Source of the DNA: an uncultured Eubacteriales bacterium
GTDB taxonomy: Bacteria; Bacillota; Clostridia; Peptostreptococcales; Anaerovoracaceae
Assembly (NCBI GenBank): GCA_910585135.1
Contig: CAJUEB010000001.1
Coordinates: 6,027-47,558, forward strand
Reading direction: 5' to 3'
DNA: 41,532 nucleotides
Shown piece by piece: positions 9,312-20,040 of this stretch. The notes under the pieces were generated by a model. The model did no database searches. It was not told where the DNA came from and saw nothing but the letters and a program-made list of their open reading frames with translations. Both the position numbers and the translations under genes were made by a program. Numbering within the stretch: position 1 is the stretch's first letter; each line of letters opens with the position of its first letter.

Positions 9312-10580
9312 TTATCGCAGCCACTTTACCCCGCGAAAAGCGGCGCTGAATTTATTTTTATTGAATTTTGCTGCAAGTTTCAACAGCTCTTTTCTATCAT
9401 TGTATTTCGGTTTCTGATGTACCACCTCAGGGAGCAGGTGCAGCAGGTATTCCGCCCGCTCCGTATCATCGGTAATCCCCGCTTCAATGATATCATCCGC
9501 ATCGATAGCCAGATCCTCTACAAAAATCGGTTGTTTTTCAGCGAGGATCATCTTGAGGATATGGTCGCGGGCTTCTATTTTCTGCGTACTCAAATCGAAG
9601 ACCGCCGCTTGTGCCTTGGAAAGCTTGTCGATAAAATTATATTTGTCCCATCCACAGCGATTGAGAAAACCCTTGATCGCCACGTCCGTTCCCAGGAAAT
9701 GAATGTCTTGGACGAGCGTTTTCGCATCCAGCAGATATTCCCGGTCCAGCTCTTCATAGGGCAGATATTCCACCGCTTCCCGATAATACTTATCAAAGCA
9801 AAGGTAAAGAAGCGCCTGCCTTCTAAGCGGGATGTGCTTGATCTTGTCGATATGCTCCGTCAACGTTTCATAATCACTTTCGGCACGTTTTCCCGCAGCG
9901 GCCGCTGTCTTTTCCCCGATGATTCCGGCAAGAAGCCCCAGCCCTGCGACCATCTTCAACGCCTTACCTGCATATTTTCCATTAATAATCAGCGTAAACT
10001 CATACAGGATTTCCTCTTTATCAGCGTCCTGCAAAAGAGCTGCATTCCGCGCAATCATTTCAGATAAATCCCGGTTCAAATCAAAGCCATATAGAGAAAC
10101 GTACCGAATCGCCTTCAAAAGCTTTTCTGGCGTTTTCCGAAATGCTGCTTCGATATCGCCTGCCGGCTTTAAAATCAAGTCTTTGATATCCTGCCTGCCG
10201 CCATAAGGATCAACGGGGCTTTTCTGCGGATGCTCTGCAATCGCTTCTGCCGTAAAGTCATATTCCCGAAGCTGATCCTCTATCTTTCCCCGCATGGTCA
10301 CGATATCGGCAATGATCCCTTCCACGGAATCCGCCACATTGATATCATCCGAGATGATTTCCTCCGTATGATCCAGCCGCACCACCTGTCTGCCGATCGC
10401 CTCTCCGTCAGGGAAAAACTTCCGAATTTCATCCTGCGGGCAATCCGTGTAAAGATCCCAGTCCTGCGGTTCTTCCCCTGCGTAAGAAGCCATGACGCAC
10501 TGCCCGGCGCAATACACCTCATAGCCTGCGGCTGTCAGCTTATTGATGATTCGGTTGATATCTTTCGGTATTTTTATCAT
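9312..10580 (-). CDS. Divergent class II (CCA/poly(A) polymerase family) nucleotidyltransferase-like protein
   Basis: Head and neck layout of class II CCA enzymes (GYEVYCAGQCV..GEEPQDWDLYT, DFTAEAIA, DPYGGRQDI, C-terminal LAIDADDII), but the RRD and EDxxR motifs are degenerate. Confidence 0.75.
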   Translation of the reverse strand: MIKIPKDINRIINKLTAAGYEVYCAGQCVMASYAGEEPQDWDLYTDCPQDEIRKFFPDGEAIGRQVVRLDHTEEIISDDINVADSVEGIIADIVTMRGKIEDQLREYDFTAEAIAEHPQKSPVDPYGGRQDIKDLILKPAGDIEAAFRKTPEKLLKAIRYVSLYGFDLNRDLSEMIARNAALLQDADKEEILYEFTLIINGKYAGKALKMVAGLGLLAGIIGEKTAAAAGKRAESDYETLTEHIDKIKHIPLRRQALLYLCFDKYYREAVEYLPYEELDREYLLDAKTLVQDIHFLGTDVAIKGFLNRCGWDKYNFIDKLSKAQAAVFDLSTQKIEARDHILKMILAEKQPIFVEDLAIDADDIIEAGITDDTERAEYLLHLLPEVVHQKPKYNDRKELLKLAAKFNKNKFSAAFRGVKWLR

Positions 10581-10607
10581 CTTAGGATACCTTTCCTGTT
10601 CCGTTCT

Positions 10608-11573
10608 TTAAAAATCTTCCGAAGCCTTATAAATAGTCCTGTTATCCAATGTCCATACCCGGTCGCTAAAGCTGCCCGGTTCTGTTTTTTCAACAGCCTC
10701 CTGCATATCGTACATCTTCGCATCGAGCATATCGAGATAATGGAGCATTTCTGCCTCCGGGAAAAGCGGTTTCTTCGGGCTTCCGAATTCCGGCTCATAA
10801 TGATGGGAAAGCAGCATATGCTCCAGCATGATGGTTTTCTCATTGGAAATCCCCAGCTCCCCGGCCAGCCTGTCGATGCTTTTCACGCCCTGTACCAGAT
10901 GTCCCAGCATCTTGCCTTCAAACGAATAGCCGGAAGCAATGCCCAGTTCATTGGCAACAATTTCGTTTATTTTTTCCATATCATGCAGAATGACGCCCGC
11001 CATTACCAGCTCCTGGTTGAGATTTGTATATATTTCACACGCCTTTTCCGCCATCATCAGCATCCGCTTGACATGATACAAAAGACCTGCCAGCTCGGCG
11101 TGGTGGTTCTTCTGTGCTGCCGGATAATACATAAGCTTCTCTTTATGATCCTCCAGCACCCGGATGCAGAGATTTTTCAGATCCTGATCGCAAAACGCAT
11201 CTGCCTTGTTATAGATATAAGCATACATATCCGCTGCATTTTCCGGGGCGGCTTTTATGTAGTCCTTCATGTCGATGTTATCTTCTGCCGACGTATGCCG
11301 AATGCGGCTTACCCGCAATTGCTTCATCCCGTTCCATTCAGTCACCAAGGCCTTGACCTTGATCACGCTGCCTTCCTTGATCTTCTCCAGGCCAGGCAGC
11401 TCTTCATCCGCAATATCCCATTTCTTCGCCGATATTTCACCGCTACAGTCTGCCAGCAGCAGATCAAGGTAAGCTTTCTTGTTCGAGCCAACCTTCACCG
11501 CTACCATCTTGACGATAAAATATGAAATAATCTCTTGAGCAGTCCTGATATCTGAAATATAAATATCCTTCAT
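10608..11573 (-). CDS. yhaM: YhaM/Cbf1-family 3'-5' exoribonuclease (OB fold + HD domain)
   Basis: OB fold (YLDLLLADCSGEISAKKW), PAAQKNHH, GLLYH, ILHDMEK, GHL, LSHH..PEFGSP..EA.MLHYLD. Start moved to ATG 11573 (MKDIYI). Confidence 0.9.
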   Translation of the reverse strand: MKDIYISDIRTAQEIISYFIVKMVAVKVGSNKKAYLDLLLADCSGEISAKKWDIADEELPGLEKIKEGSVIKVKALVTEWNGMKQLRVSRIRHTSAEDNIDMKDYIKAAPENAADMYAYIYNKADAFCDQDLKNLCIRVLEDHKEKLMYYPAAQKNHHAELAGLLYHVKRMLMMAEKACEIYTNLNQELVMAGVILHDMEKINEIVANELGIASGYSFEGKMLGHLVQGVKSIDRLAGELGISNEKTIMLEHMLLSHHYEPEFGSPKKPLFPEAEMLHYLDMLDAKMYDMQEAVEKTEPGSFSDRVWTLDNRTIYKASEDF

Positions 11574-11696
11574 TGTAAAAAGCCCTTTCCTATGATGGTT
11601 TGCATTGCACGGCCTATCGGCAATCATCCGCAGCGGCGGATGTACGAAAAGCCATCGGCCATTATCGATGCGCGCTCCCATCCTTTCGCTAGTTCT

Positions 11697-11725
11697 ATTT
11701 TACATGAAAAGCGTTGAAAAGTGAA
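11697..11725 (-). promoter_or_regulatory. Putative sigmaA promoter for the yhaM/nucleotidyltransferase unit
   Basis: Minus strand TTCACT-17bp-TAAAAT, followed by an approximately 120 nt leader containing hairpins (e.g. CATCCGC-N4-GCGGATG). Confidence 0.45.
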
Positions 11726-11831
11726 GGAAAATCGATTTGCCTCTTTTGGTACAGCCGCCTTATCTGTTGAAAGCGCACGCAGTAAAAGCCCGATCACACA
11801 CCGGAGCATGAACGCCTGCTATTATGAATGA

Positions 11832-13523
11832 CTAATTTTTTAACCGAAACCTTCCTACGAGGCTCTTCATCAGCTGTGACTGACTGGATAGTTCTTCGCT
11901 GGCAGCCGCGCTTTCTTCCGCAGTGGCCGAATTATTCTGAACAACACTGGAAATCTGGTCAATTCCCATCGTTATCTGAGAGATGGAATCGGCCTGAACG
12001 CTGCTAGCCTCTGAGATCTGTCCGATAACGCCTGTCATTTCACTTACTCCATTTACTGCCTGAAGCAGAGACTGGGCTGTCTCATCGGCAATCTGCGTTC
12101 CATTTTCCACTGCCTTTAATGAATTCTCAATCAATACGGAGGTATTCTTGGAAGCCTCTGCGCTTTTGCTTGCAAGATTACGAACCTCATCAGCTACTAC
12201 AGCAAACCCCTTCCCGGCGGCACCTGCACGAGCGGCTTCCACGGCAGCGTTAAGGGCAAGAATATTGGTCTGGAAAGCAATGTCTTCAATTGTCTTAATA
12301 ATTTTGCTGATTTCATTGGAACAGTTGCTGATATCACTCATAGCCTGTATCATCTGCTGCATTTTTTCGTTGCTTGCATTCATTTCCATGCTGACACTGC
12401 TCGCTGCAACATTGGCTTGTCGTGCGTTATCTGCATTCTGCTTTACCTTATTAGAGATTTCATTAATGGTAGCGGCAAGCTCCTGCACAGAACTGGCTTG
12501 CTCAGTCGCCCCCTGGGAAAGCGCCTGGGCGCCATTGGACACCTGTTCTGATCCGCTTGCAACCTGAGATGAGCTTTGACTGATTTGCAGCATGGTGTCA
12601 TTGAGCTTTTCCGCAATGCCCCGGAAAGAAACAAGCAACGGATAGAAGCCTCCTGTATATTCTTCTTCACAAACAGAATCCACTGTAAAATCTCCGTCGG
12701 CCATTTTAGCAAGGAATTTGTTCTCATCATCAATAATAACCTGAAGCTTATGGATCAATCTGCGCACCTGCTCAGCAAGAATGCCCAATTCATCCTTGGA
12801 AGTATAGGAAATCTCCACATTCAAATCACCCTCTGCCATTTTTATGGCAGCATTTTCTATTTCAGAAATAGGAGTCTTAATCGAACGTATAACTACAAAT
12901 GAGAAGAAAACCCCTACAAGAATTATGGCAATAATAACCGCCGCCATAAGGAAGATAGCAGTCCTGTAAAGGGAAAAGCTTTCTTCTGTCGCAGCATCGC
13001 TGCCTTCTGTATTATAAACGACAATGTCATTAAAAGCGCTGTTTAAGGAATTATAAAGTTCCACGCATTCGCCTTCCAAGATAGCACGCGCATCCTCAAT
13101 TTGGCCTTGTTTGGCCAATTCTATCATTTTTTCATCTGCTTCATCGTACTGAGCCCAAAGATTCATCGCATCCTCATAGAAAGACCTTTCTTCTTCATCG
13201 ATCAATCCCTTATACGCGGCTAAAAGATCTTCCATATCTTCCTTTTCCTTTTGAAGGTACTGAAGGCTGGATTCTTCTACTTCATCAGAAATTGCGGTAA
13301 GATATCCCAATTCATTCAGACGGATATTCGAAAGGGTGTTGGTCAAGTCCCTTGCTGTATCAACGCTAGGAAGCCAGCTTGTCGTAATGTCGCTTGTCAT
13401 GTCGTTCATCCGTCCCATAAGATAAAATGACATACCGCCAATAATGAACATGCCAATCAACGCAACTCCTATGAGAATATAGAGTTTTAACCTGATTTTT
13501 AAATTTCGTATGTAGCCAATCAT
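11832..13523 (-). CDS. Methyl-accepting chemotaxis protein (4-helix-bundle sensor, HAMP, signalling domain)
   Basis: Two TM helices flanking a WLPSV-type 4HB sensor, HAMP (AEGDL..DELG.L), hairpin tip [35 protein letters not shown]. Confidence 0.95.
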   Translation of the reverse strand: MIGYIRNLKIRLKLYILIGVALIGMFIIGGMSFYLMGRMNDMTSDITTSWLPSVDTARDLTNTLSNIRLNELGYLTAISDEVEESSLQYLQKEKEDMEDLLAAYKGLIDEEERSFYEDAMNLWAQYDEADEKMIELAKQGQIEDARAILEGECVELYNSLNSAFNDIVVYNTEGSDAATEESFSLYRTAIFLMAAVIIAIILVGVFFSFVVIRSIKTPISEIENAAIKMAEGDLNVEISYTSKDELGILAEQVRRLIHKLQVIIDDENKFLAKMADGDFTVDSVCEEEYTGGFYPLLVSFRGIAEKLNDTMLQISQSSSQVASGSEQVSNGAQALSQGATEQASSVQELAATINEISNKVKQNADNARQANVAASSVSMEMNASNEKMQQMIQAMSDISNCSNEISKIIKTIEDIAFQTNILALNAAVEAARAGAAGKGFAVVADEVRNLASKSAEASKNTSVLIENSLKAVENGTQIADETAQSLLQAVNGVSEMTGVIGQISEASSVQADSISQITMGIDQISSVVQNNSATAEESAAASEELSSQSQLMKSLVGRFRLKN

Positions 13524-13585
13524 TTTCTAATAACCTCCTATTTTCAGCATATAATTTAAAAATGTATCGTTACTTCTTCCCTTGC

Positions 13586-14641
13586 TTACGTTCTGCCGAC
13601 TACCTTGTAAATTTCATCGGAATCAGGCGGCTGTATCATAATGCCGCGATCCGCATCGCCGCACCCGCTCTTATCCTCATTTTTATCCTCAATCTCTTCG
13701 GGCGCAACATCGAGCAACCGGATGCCATAATCCTCACGCTCAATCCTGCCGATCACGCTGCAATCGACCCCGGCGTCTGCCATCGCCGCCTCCATTTCAC
13801 CGCGCTTTTCCTGAGGCACGATGATAAGCATAGACCCGCTGGAAATCAGCCGCAGCGGATCGATATCGAAGAAGCTGCAAATCTTTTTTACCTCAGGCGT
13901 CATCGGAATGCTGTCCGCCCAAACTTGCGCACCTTTTCCCGCAATCTGGCACATTTCCCACACTGCTCCGAGAATGCCGCCCTCGGTAATATCATGCATC
14001 CCGTGCGTCCCGACTGTTCCGGCCGCAATCCCTTCCGCAACCACGCTGACCAGGTTCAAAAATCCAGAGGCTCGATCCAGCTCTTCTTCCGTCAATACCT
14101 CTGCAAGCTGCTGCCTGTAATCACAAGCAAGGATGCCGCAGCCCTCCAGCCCGACGGACTTGGTCATCATGATATAATCGCCCTCTGCGATATCGTTTCC
14201 GCTCTGCGAACGACCCGATAAGGCTTTTCCGATCGCCGTCGATACGATCACCGGCTGATTGACCGCAGGCGTGATTTCGGTATGTCCGCCTATGATCTCC
14301 ACGTTGAGAGCCGCCGCCGTTTCCGCCGCCTGCCCCATGATATGCGCCACATCACTTTCATCCGTTCCCACAGGCAGCATCACCGCCAGCATGATCCCCA
14401 GCGGCTGCACTCCGTTTGAAGCAATATCGTTACAGGTAATGTGGATCGCCAGCCTGCCAATGTCGCTGACTGCCGCCGTAATCGGATCGGTGGACATCAC
14501 GCACTCATACCCGCCGAAATCCATCACAGCACAATCTTCGCCAATGCCCGGACGCACTTTTACCGCCTCGCTCCTGTATGTTATCTTATCAAATACCAGT
14601 TCCTTCAATAAATCGCTGTCCAATTTCCCTGTTTTCAACAT
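13586..14641 (-). CDS. AIR synthase-related (PurM/HypE/ThiL fold) protein
   Basis: GKL..PGIGEDCA, STDPIT, NDIASNG, IIGGHTE, MHDITEGG, DPLRLISSGSM. Confidence 0.88.
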   Translation of the reverse strand: MLKTGKLDSDLLKELVFDKITYRSEAVKVRPGIGEDCAVMDFGGYECVMSTDPITAAVSDIGRLAIHITCNDIASNGVQPLGIMLAVMLPVGTDESDVAHIMGQAAETAAALNVEIIGGHTEITPAVNQPVIVSTAIGKALSGRSQSGNDIAEGDYIMMTKSVGLEGCGILACDYRQQLAEVLTEEELDRASGFLNLVSVVAEGIAAGTVGTHGMHDITEGGILGAVWEMCQIAGKGAQVWADSIPMTPEVKKICSFFDIDPLRLISSGSMLIIVPQEKRGEMEAAMADAGVDCSVIGRIEREDYGIRLLDVAPEEIEDKNEDKSGCGDADRGIMIQPPDSDEIYKVVGRT

Positions 14642-14643
14642 GA

Positions 14644-16608
14644 TTAGCCCTCCAGCATCTTTATAAACTGCTCTTCTGTGATGATCGGGACGCCCAGCTC
14701 ACCAGCCTTCTTGTTCTTTGCCGAACCCGAATTGATGTTATTATTGATCAAATAATCCGTCTTGCCCGTTACGGAGGACGCGCTCTTTCCTCCTGCTGCT
14801 TCAATGGCCGCTTTTACCGCATCCCTGTTTTCAAAATGGCTCACCTTGCCCGTAATAACAAAGGTCTTTCCGGCAAGCGGTCCGCCCGATTTCTCCGTAA
14901 AGCTTTCGTCAAGCCGCACGACCGCAAGCAGCTCATTCACGGTTTTCTGCTTCTGCGCATCGCTGAAAAATTCCACGTAAGCCTTTGCCATCACTGCACC
15001 AACGCCGTCGATGGCCGACAATTCTTCCTCCGTTAAGGCGCAAATCTTTTTCCAGTTATTTTTACATTCCGCCGCGATCATTTTCGCATTAGCCGCCCCG
15101 ATATTGGGAATACCCAGGCTCAGAAGCAGCCTGGCAGGCGTCGTATCCGCCGCCTTTTGCACTGCCGCAAGCAGGTTGTCGAACGACCTTTCGCCAAACC
15201 CCTCCATCGCGACGATCTGATCCCGCCACCTTTCAAGATGAAAAATATCTGCAAAATCCTTCAAGATTCCTTCATCGATGAACTTTTCCAGCGTCGCCTC
15301 CGACAGGCCTTCGATGTTCATCGCATTCCGGCTAACAAAATGCGTAAACGCCTTGATCCTTCTGGCAGGGCAATCGGGATTCGGGCAGTGAAGCGTCTCC
15401 ACGCCGTTATCGTCCTCAATTTCCGTCGGCGTCCCACAGACAGGGCATAGCGAAGGCGGCTTTGCAGTCCCGCTTTTGGTGAAATTTTCCGCGATCTGCG
15501 GAATAATCATATTCGCTTTATAAACGCTGATGGTATCTCCTGTCCCCAGCGCCAAAGATTTCACGATGCTCAGGTTATGAACCGACGCCCGGCTGACAGT
15601 CGTACCCTCCAGCTCCACCGGCTCAAATACAGCGATCGGATTGATCAAGCCTGTGCGGGATACATTCCACCGCACCTCTAAAAGCTCTGTCTTTCTGATT
15701 TCATCCTTCCATTTAAAGGCAATCGAATCGCGCGGAAACTTCGAGGTCGCGCCTAATGACCTGCCGTATTCGATATCATCAAAGATCAGCACCAAGCCGT
15801 CGGACGGCAAAGGAAAATGCTGAATTTTTTGCTCGAAATCCGCTACGGCGCCAGCAACGCTTTCCTGATCGACCTTCACATATTCGACCGTCTCAAAACC
15901 CTGCTGCTTCATCCATTCCATCTGTTCATGCCTGTACCGCTCCCCGCTGCCGCCCTGGGCAAGGGAAAAGGCAAAGAACTGCACATGCCGCTGTGCCGTA
16001 ATTTCATTGTTGAGCTGCCTGACACTGCCACTGCAAAGGTTGCGCGGGTTCTTGTATTTTGCGTCTGCATCACCCACGGTCTGGTTGATCCGCTCAAATT
16101 CCCCATAGCTGATCACCGCCTCGCCCCGCACGACTGTCGTCTGTTTGCTTGGGATCGTAAGCGGAATATTATCAAACACACGGGCATTCGCGGTGATGAC
16201 TTCACCAGTCACCCCATCGCCCCGGGTAACCGCCTTGGAGAGCTTGCCATCCTCATAGGTCAAAACGATGGTAAGACCATCCAGTTTCCAGGAAAGGAGT
16301 CCCGCCTGGCTGCCCAGCCAGGATTCCAGCTCCTCCACGCGCTTGGTCTTATCCAGGGAAAGCATCGCCGCCGGATGCCGTTCCTTCGGCAGGCTGCTGA
16401 CCACCTGATATCCCACGTTTACCGTAGGGCTTGTCGAAAGCACGATCCCGCTTTTCTTTTCGAGAGCTTCCAGTTCATCGTATAATCTGTCATATTCCTG
16501 ATTCGATATGATTTCACGGCTTTCCTGATAGTACGCCCGCGCAGCTTCATTGAGAAACGCCACTTTTTCTGCCAGCTGCTTTCGAATGTCATTCCTATTA
16601 TCGTCCAT
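14644..16608 (-). CDS. ligA: NAD-dependent DNA ligase
   Basis: KLDGL adenylation motif, TRGDG, NPRN, DGLV, AFKW, zinc finger CPVC..CPNPDC, HhH, C-terminal BRCT (GKTFVITG). Likely start ATG 16608 behind GGAGG. Confidence 0.96.
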   Translation of the reverse strand: MDDNRNDIRKQLAEKVAFLNEAARAYYQESREIISNQEYDRLYDELEALEKKSGIVLSTSPTVNVGYQVVSSLPKERHPAAMLSLDKTKRVEELESWLGSQAGLLSWKLDGLTIVLTYEDGKLSKAVTRGDGVTGEVITANARVFDNIPLTIPSKQTTVVRGEAVISYGEFERINQTVGDADAKYKNPRNLCSGSVRQLNNEITAQRHVQFFAFSLAQGGSGERYRHEQMEWMKQQGFETVEYVKVDQESVAGAVADFEQKIQHFPLPSDGLVLIFDDIEYGRSLGATSKFPRDSIAFKWKDEIRKTELLEVRWNVSRTGLINPIAVFEPVELEGTTVSRASVHNLSIVKSLALGTGDTISVYKANMIIPQIAENFTKSGTAKPPSLCPVCGTPTEIEDDNGVETLHCPNPDCPARRIKAFTHFVSRNAMNIEGLSEATLEKFIDEGILKDFADIFHLERWRDQIVAMEGFGERSFDNLLAAVQKAADTTPARLLLSLGIPNIGAANAKMIAAECKNNWKKICALTEEELSAIDGVGAVMAKAYVEFFSDAQKQKTVNELLAVVRLDESFTEKSGGPLAGKTFVITGKVSHFENRDAVKAAIEAAGGKSASSVTGKTDYLINNNINSGSAKNKKAGELGVPIITEEQFIKMLEG

Positions 16609-16825
16609 TTTATTCTTTCCTCCGGGGTTTTTATCAAATTTCTTATTTATCGAGGCAATGCGCAAGCCACACAAGACCGCAAAACCGTCTTATCTCAGGA
16701 GTTTATCAAAACGATTCCTCTTGCGCCAACTCCATTCATAAAAAGCCGCTAGGACAGGCCTGCCAAGCGAACCCGTCCGCCCCGATATGTATATATGTAT
16801 CATCTGCCATGCATCTCCGCTAGCA

Positions 16826-19024
16826 TCAAAGCCTTTTTAACGGCGCAAACCCCAGCGCCAGCTTCTTTACATCCTGTCCAAAGCGGATTTCTACAATTTT
16901 TCCGTCGCAGGAAAGCACAAGGCCTTCCCCGAATTTTTTGTGCGATACCCGGTCGCCCGCCGCAAAAGATTCACTGGCAGCCTGCACATTCTGCTTCGTC
17001 TGCTGCCGTGCGTATTTCAACTGGTCAAACGGTTGAAACGGCTTTTGTTCCGTCATGCCGTTGGTGAATGCTCCCAGAGCCAGATCCCGTTTCTTCTCGT
17101 AAATGCCATCGCCTTCGAGCAGGTTCTTATCCATTTCCCGCAAGAACTGGGATTCCCTGGTGTAATCAGTCTTACCGTACAGCCTGCGCTGCTGGGCGCC
17201 GGTGAGCCACAACCGTTCCCGCGCTCTCGTGATGCCCACATAGCAGAGCCGCCGTTCCTCCTCCAGCCCGTCCTCGCGGTCAAACGCCCGCCAGCCTGGG
17301 AACAGCCCGTCTTCCATGCCCGGCATGAAGACAAATGGAAATTCAAGCCCTTTGGCGCTGTGCATCGTCATCAAAACGACTGCATCCTCATCTGCATCGT
17401 GATTATCCACCTCTGCCAAAAGAGCGATTCGCTCCATGAACTCCGCCAGCGACAGATTCGGGTCATCCTCCTGGTATTTCTGAATAACGGATTTGAATTC
17501 CATCAGGTTTTCGATGCGGCTTTCTGCCTCCAAGGTGTTCTGATCCTCCAACGCTTTCAGATAACCCGACTTCACCAGCAGGCCGTCATACAGGTCGGAA
17601 ATTTTCAGGCTGTCCTTTTCTGCACTGTAAAAGAGCAGCAGCTCAGACAACGCCCGGATGTTCGCCGATGCCCTTGCCGAAAAGGAATTCACGATTTCCT
17701 CATCCAAAAGGCTTTGAAAGAGGCTTTCGCCGCGAACCTGTGCCAACGCCGTCAGCTTGTCGATCGTCTTGCCGCCGATGCCCCGCTTCGGCTCGTTGAT
17801 AATCCGCGTCAATGCCAGATCATCCGCATTATTCTGCACCAGCCGCAGATAGCACAGCATATCCTTGATTTCTTTTCGATCGTAATAGCGAAGACCGCCC
17901 AATACCCGATATGGAATCCCTCTTCTGGAAAGGGACTCCTCGAAGGTGCGGGACTGTGCGTTCGTTCTGTAAAGAATCGCGAAATCGCTGTATTTCCTGT
18001 CAAAAGTCTTCATGCGGTTGATTTCGCTGGCGATAAAATAAGCCTCTTCCATCTCATCGTCAGCCCGGTGATACATGATCTTATGCCCCGCCTCCTGATC
18101 GGTCCACAGCTTTTTTGCTTTTCTTCCTTTGTTGTTCGATATCACCGAATGGGCTGCATCCAGTATATTTGCCGTCGATCGATAATTCCGCTCCAGCTTG
18201 ATTACCTTGGCATCCCGAAAATCCTTTTCAAATTCGAGGATATTTCTGATGTCAGCGCCCCGCCACTGATAAATACACTGATCATCGTCGCCTACCACGC
18301 AGATATTATTATGTGCCTCTGCCAGCATCCTTATGAATTCATACTGAATCTGGTTCGTATCCTGGTATTCGTCCACCATAATATAATGAAACCTGCGCTG
18401 GTATTGCAGCAGCACGGCTTCATCCCGCTCAAACAGCCTTACTACATTGAGCAGCAGGTCATCAAAATCCATCGCATTGTTTTTTTTCAGGGTCTTTTCA
18501 TATCGATCGTAAACCTGCCAGATCAGCTTGTTTTTCAAATCCTCGCCATAATGTTCTATGTACTGTGCGGCAGACAACTTCTGTTCTTTGCACTTGCCAA
18601 TCACGCTGAGAAAATAAGCAGGCGTATACTTCTTCCCGTCAAGACCAAGCTCCTTGATGATATTTTTGACCACCGTCTTCTGATCCGTCGGATCGTATAC
18701 GGCAAAGTCCCTGCCGAAGCCTAAAAGTTCAGCATGGGAACGCAAAATGCGCAAACATGCCGCATGAAAGGTCAAGATCCACATATTGATCCCGGCGCCG
18801 ACCAAATTTTCCACCCTGTCCCGCATTTCCTTCGCCGCTTTGTTCGTAAAGGTCACTGCCAATATGTTATAAGGATTTACGTTCTTTTCTTTGATCATAT
18901 AGGCGATTCGGTGCGTCATGGTACTGGTCTTGCCGCTTCCTGCTCCCGCCAAAATCAAAAGCGGCCCTTCCATGTGCATCGCAGCTTCTCTCTGTTCCTT
19001 ATTTAAAATATCCAACTCATTCAT
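16826..19024 (-). CDS. pcrA: ATP-dependent DNA helicase PcrA/UvrD
   Basis: AGAGSGKT, FTNKAA, VDEYQDTN, VGDDDQCIY.WRGA, LERNYRST, HSAKGLEF, EERRLCYVGITRA, C-terminal Tudor-like VSHKKFGEG; pcrA-ligA synteny. Confidence 0.96.
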   Translation of the reverse strand: MNELDILNKEQREAAMHMEGPLLILAGAGSGKTSTMTHRIAYMIKEKNVNPYNILAVTFTNKAAKEMRDRVENLVGAGINMWILTFHAACLRILRSHAELLGFGRDFAVYDPTDQKTVVKNIIKELGLDGKKYTPAYFLSVIGKCKEQKLSAAQYIEHYGEDLKNKLIWQVYDRYEKTLKKNNAMDFDDLLLNVVRLFERDEAVLLQYQRRFHYIMVDEYQDTNQIQYEFIRMLAEAHNNICVVGDDDQCIYQWRGADIRNILEFEKDFRDAKVIKLERNYRSTANILDAAHSVISNNKGRKAKKLWTDQEAGHKIMYHRADDEMEEAYFIASEINRMKTFDRKYSDFAILYRTNAQSRTFEESLSRRGIPYRVLGGLRYYDRKEIKDMLCYLRLVQNNADDLALTRIINEPKRGIGGKTIDKLTALAQVRGESLFQSLLDEEIVNSFSARASANIRALSELLLFYSAEKDSLKISDLYDGLLVKSGYLKALEDQNTLEAESRIENLMEFKSVIQKYQEDDPNLSLAEFMERIALLAEVDNHDADEDAVVLMTMHSAKGLEFPFVFMPGMEDGLFPGWRAFDREDGLEEERRLCYVGITRARERLWLTGAQQRRLYGKTDYTRESQFLREMDKNLLEGDGIYEKKRDLALGAFTNGMTEQKPFQPFDQLKYARQQTKQNVQAASESFAAGDRVSHKKFGEGLVLSCDGKIVEIRFGQDVKKLALGFAPLKRL

Positions 19025-19297
19025 CTTTCGTTATCCTTGCTATCCTCACATCGCTATGTCAAATCATTCCGTGCTTTCGCGCTTGTACCAGTCGCACCAA
19101 GTCATGCCGCATTTGTCAACGCTTTATTTTACACCGCCGCGCCTGTCATTTGCGCATTCGGCGCATCAAATCATGCTGCGCTTGCGATTGTCCCATTTTA
19201 CGCCACGCACCGCATATGTCAGTGATTTGTCATATGCCGCTTCACGCACTGCACCCTTTACGGTTACCCGCTCCGTCATGCACTCTGTCGCACTTGA

Positions 19298-20017
19298 TCA
19301 ATATATAATAAAATTTTGCAGTAAACTGTACAGAAAGTTTACCGATGGGGAGAGAATCCGATCCACAACGCCCAGAAACATCAGAGCCAGCAAAATCCAC
19401 CAGTCAAATCTGCGCAGCGTCCAATAAAATTCCGTATTTTTCAGTTGGAACAGCTCCGCAACGACGTTAAAGCCATCAAGAGGCGGGCACGGAATCAGGT
19501 TGAAGACCATCAGAACCAAATTGATAAAGATAACATAATAAATCATCAGCCACAGCGTACTCCCCGCCGCGCCTGAAAGAAATCCTCCGCCCAGCGTCAT
19601 CAGCAATATCTTGGCAATCACCGCAAATACGATGGCAATGATGAGGTTCATAGTCACGCCCGCCAGGGAAACGAGCAGCTCCCCGCGCCTTCTGTTCTTG
19701 AAATTACGCGCATCGATCATAACCGGCTTTCCCCATCCGAAGCCAACGAAAAACAGGCACAGTATCCCCCACCAATCAAAATGGACAAATGGATTAATCG
19801 TCAGCCGACCTTGCAGCCTCGGCGTTGGGTCGCCCATCTTATCGGCAACAAGCGCATGGGCATATTCATGAAAAGCAAGCCCGATCACGATCCCTGGCAG
19901 CATCAGCAGTTTCCCGATCAGCCACTCTACCGGATGGTCAAAAACTCCGTCGCGCCATATGAAAAGCAACACAAATGCTATCAGGACGATCATCGTCACA
20001 TCGATATTTCGTTTCAT
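19298..20017 (-). CDS. Site-2 protease, peptidase M50 family
   Basis: HEYAH zinc motif, GDPTP..GRLTINP, FGWGKPV, FNLIPCPPLDG. Confidence 0.93.
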   Translation of the reverse strand: MKRNIDVTMIVLIAFVLLFIWRDGVFDHPVEWLIGKLLMLPGIVIGLAFHEYAHALVADKMGDPTPRLQGRLTINPFVHFDWWGILCLFFVGFGWGKPVMIDARNFKNRRRGELLVSLAGVTMNLIIAIVFAVIAKILLMTLGGGFLSGAAGSTLWLMIYYVIFINLVLMVFNLIPCPPLDGFNVVAELFQLKNTEFYWTLRRFDWWILLALMFLGVVDRILSPSVNFLYSLLQNFIIY

Positions 20018-20040
20018 TCAATTCCTCCTTGTATGTTGAA

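Noticed and set aside
13524..13585. c-di-GMP riboswitch upstream of the MCP
   Set aside because: The intergenic gap is about 60 bp, AT-rich and lacks the GEMM motif.
16940..18724. Long plus-strand ORFs (also 859-1686, 10230-11525, 34495-36177, 25043-25780)
   Set aside because: Antisense shadows of well-supported genes (pcrA, glmS, yhaM, EF-G2, proS) with no recognisable motifs.
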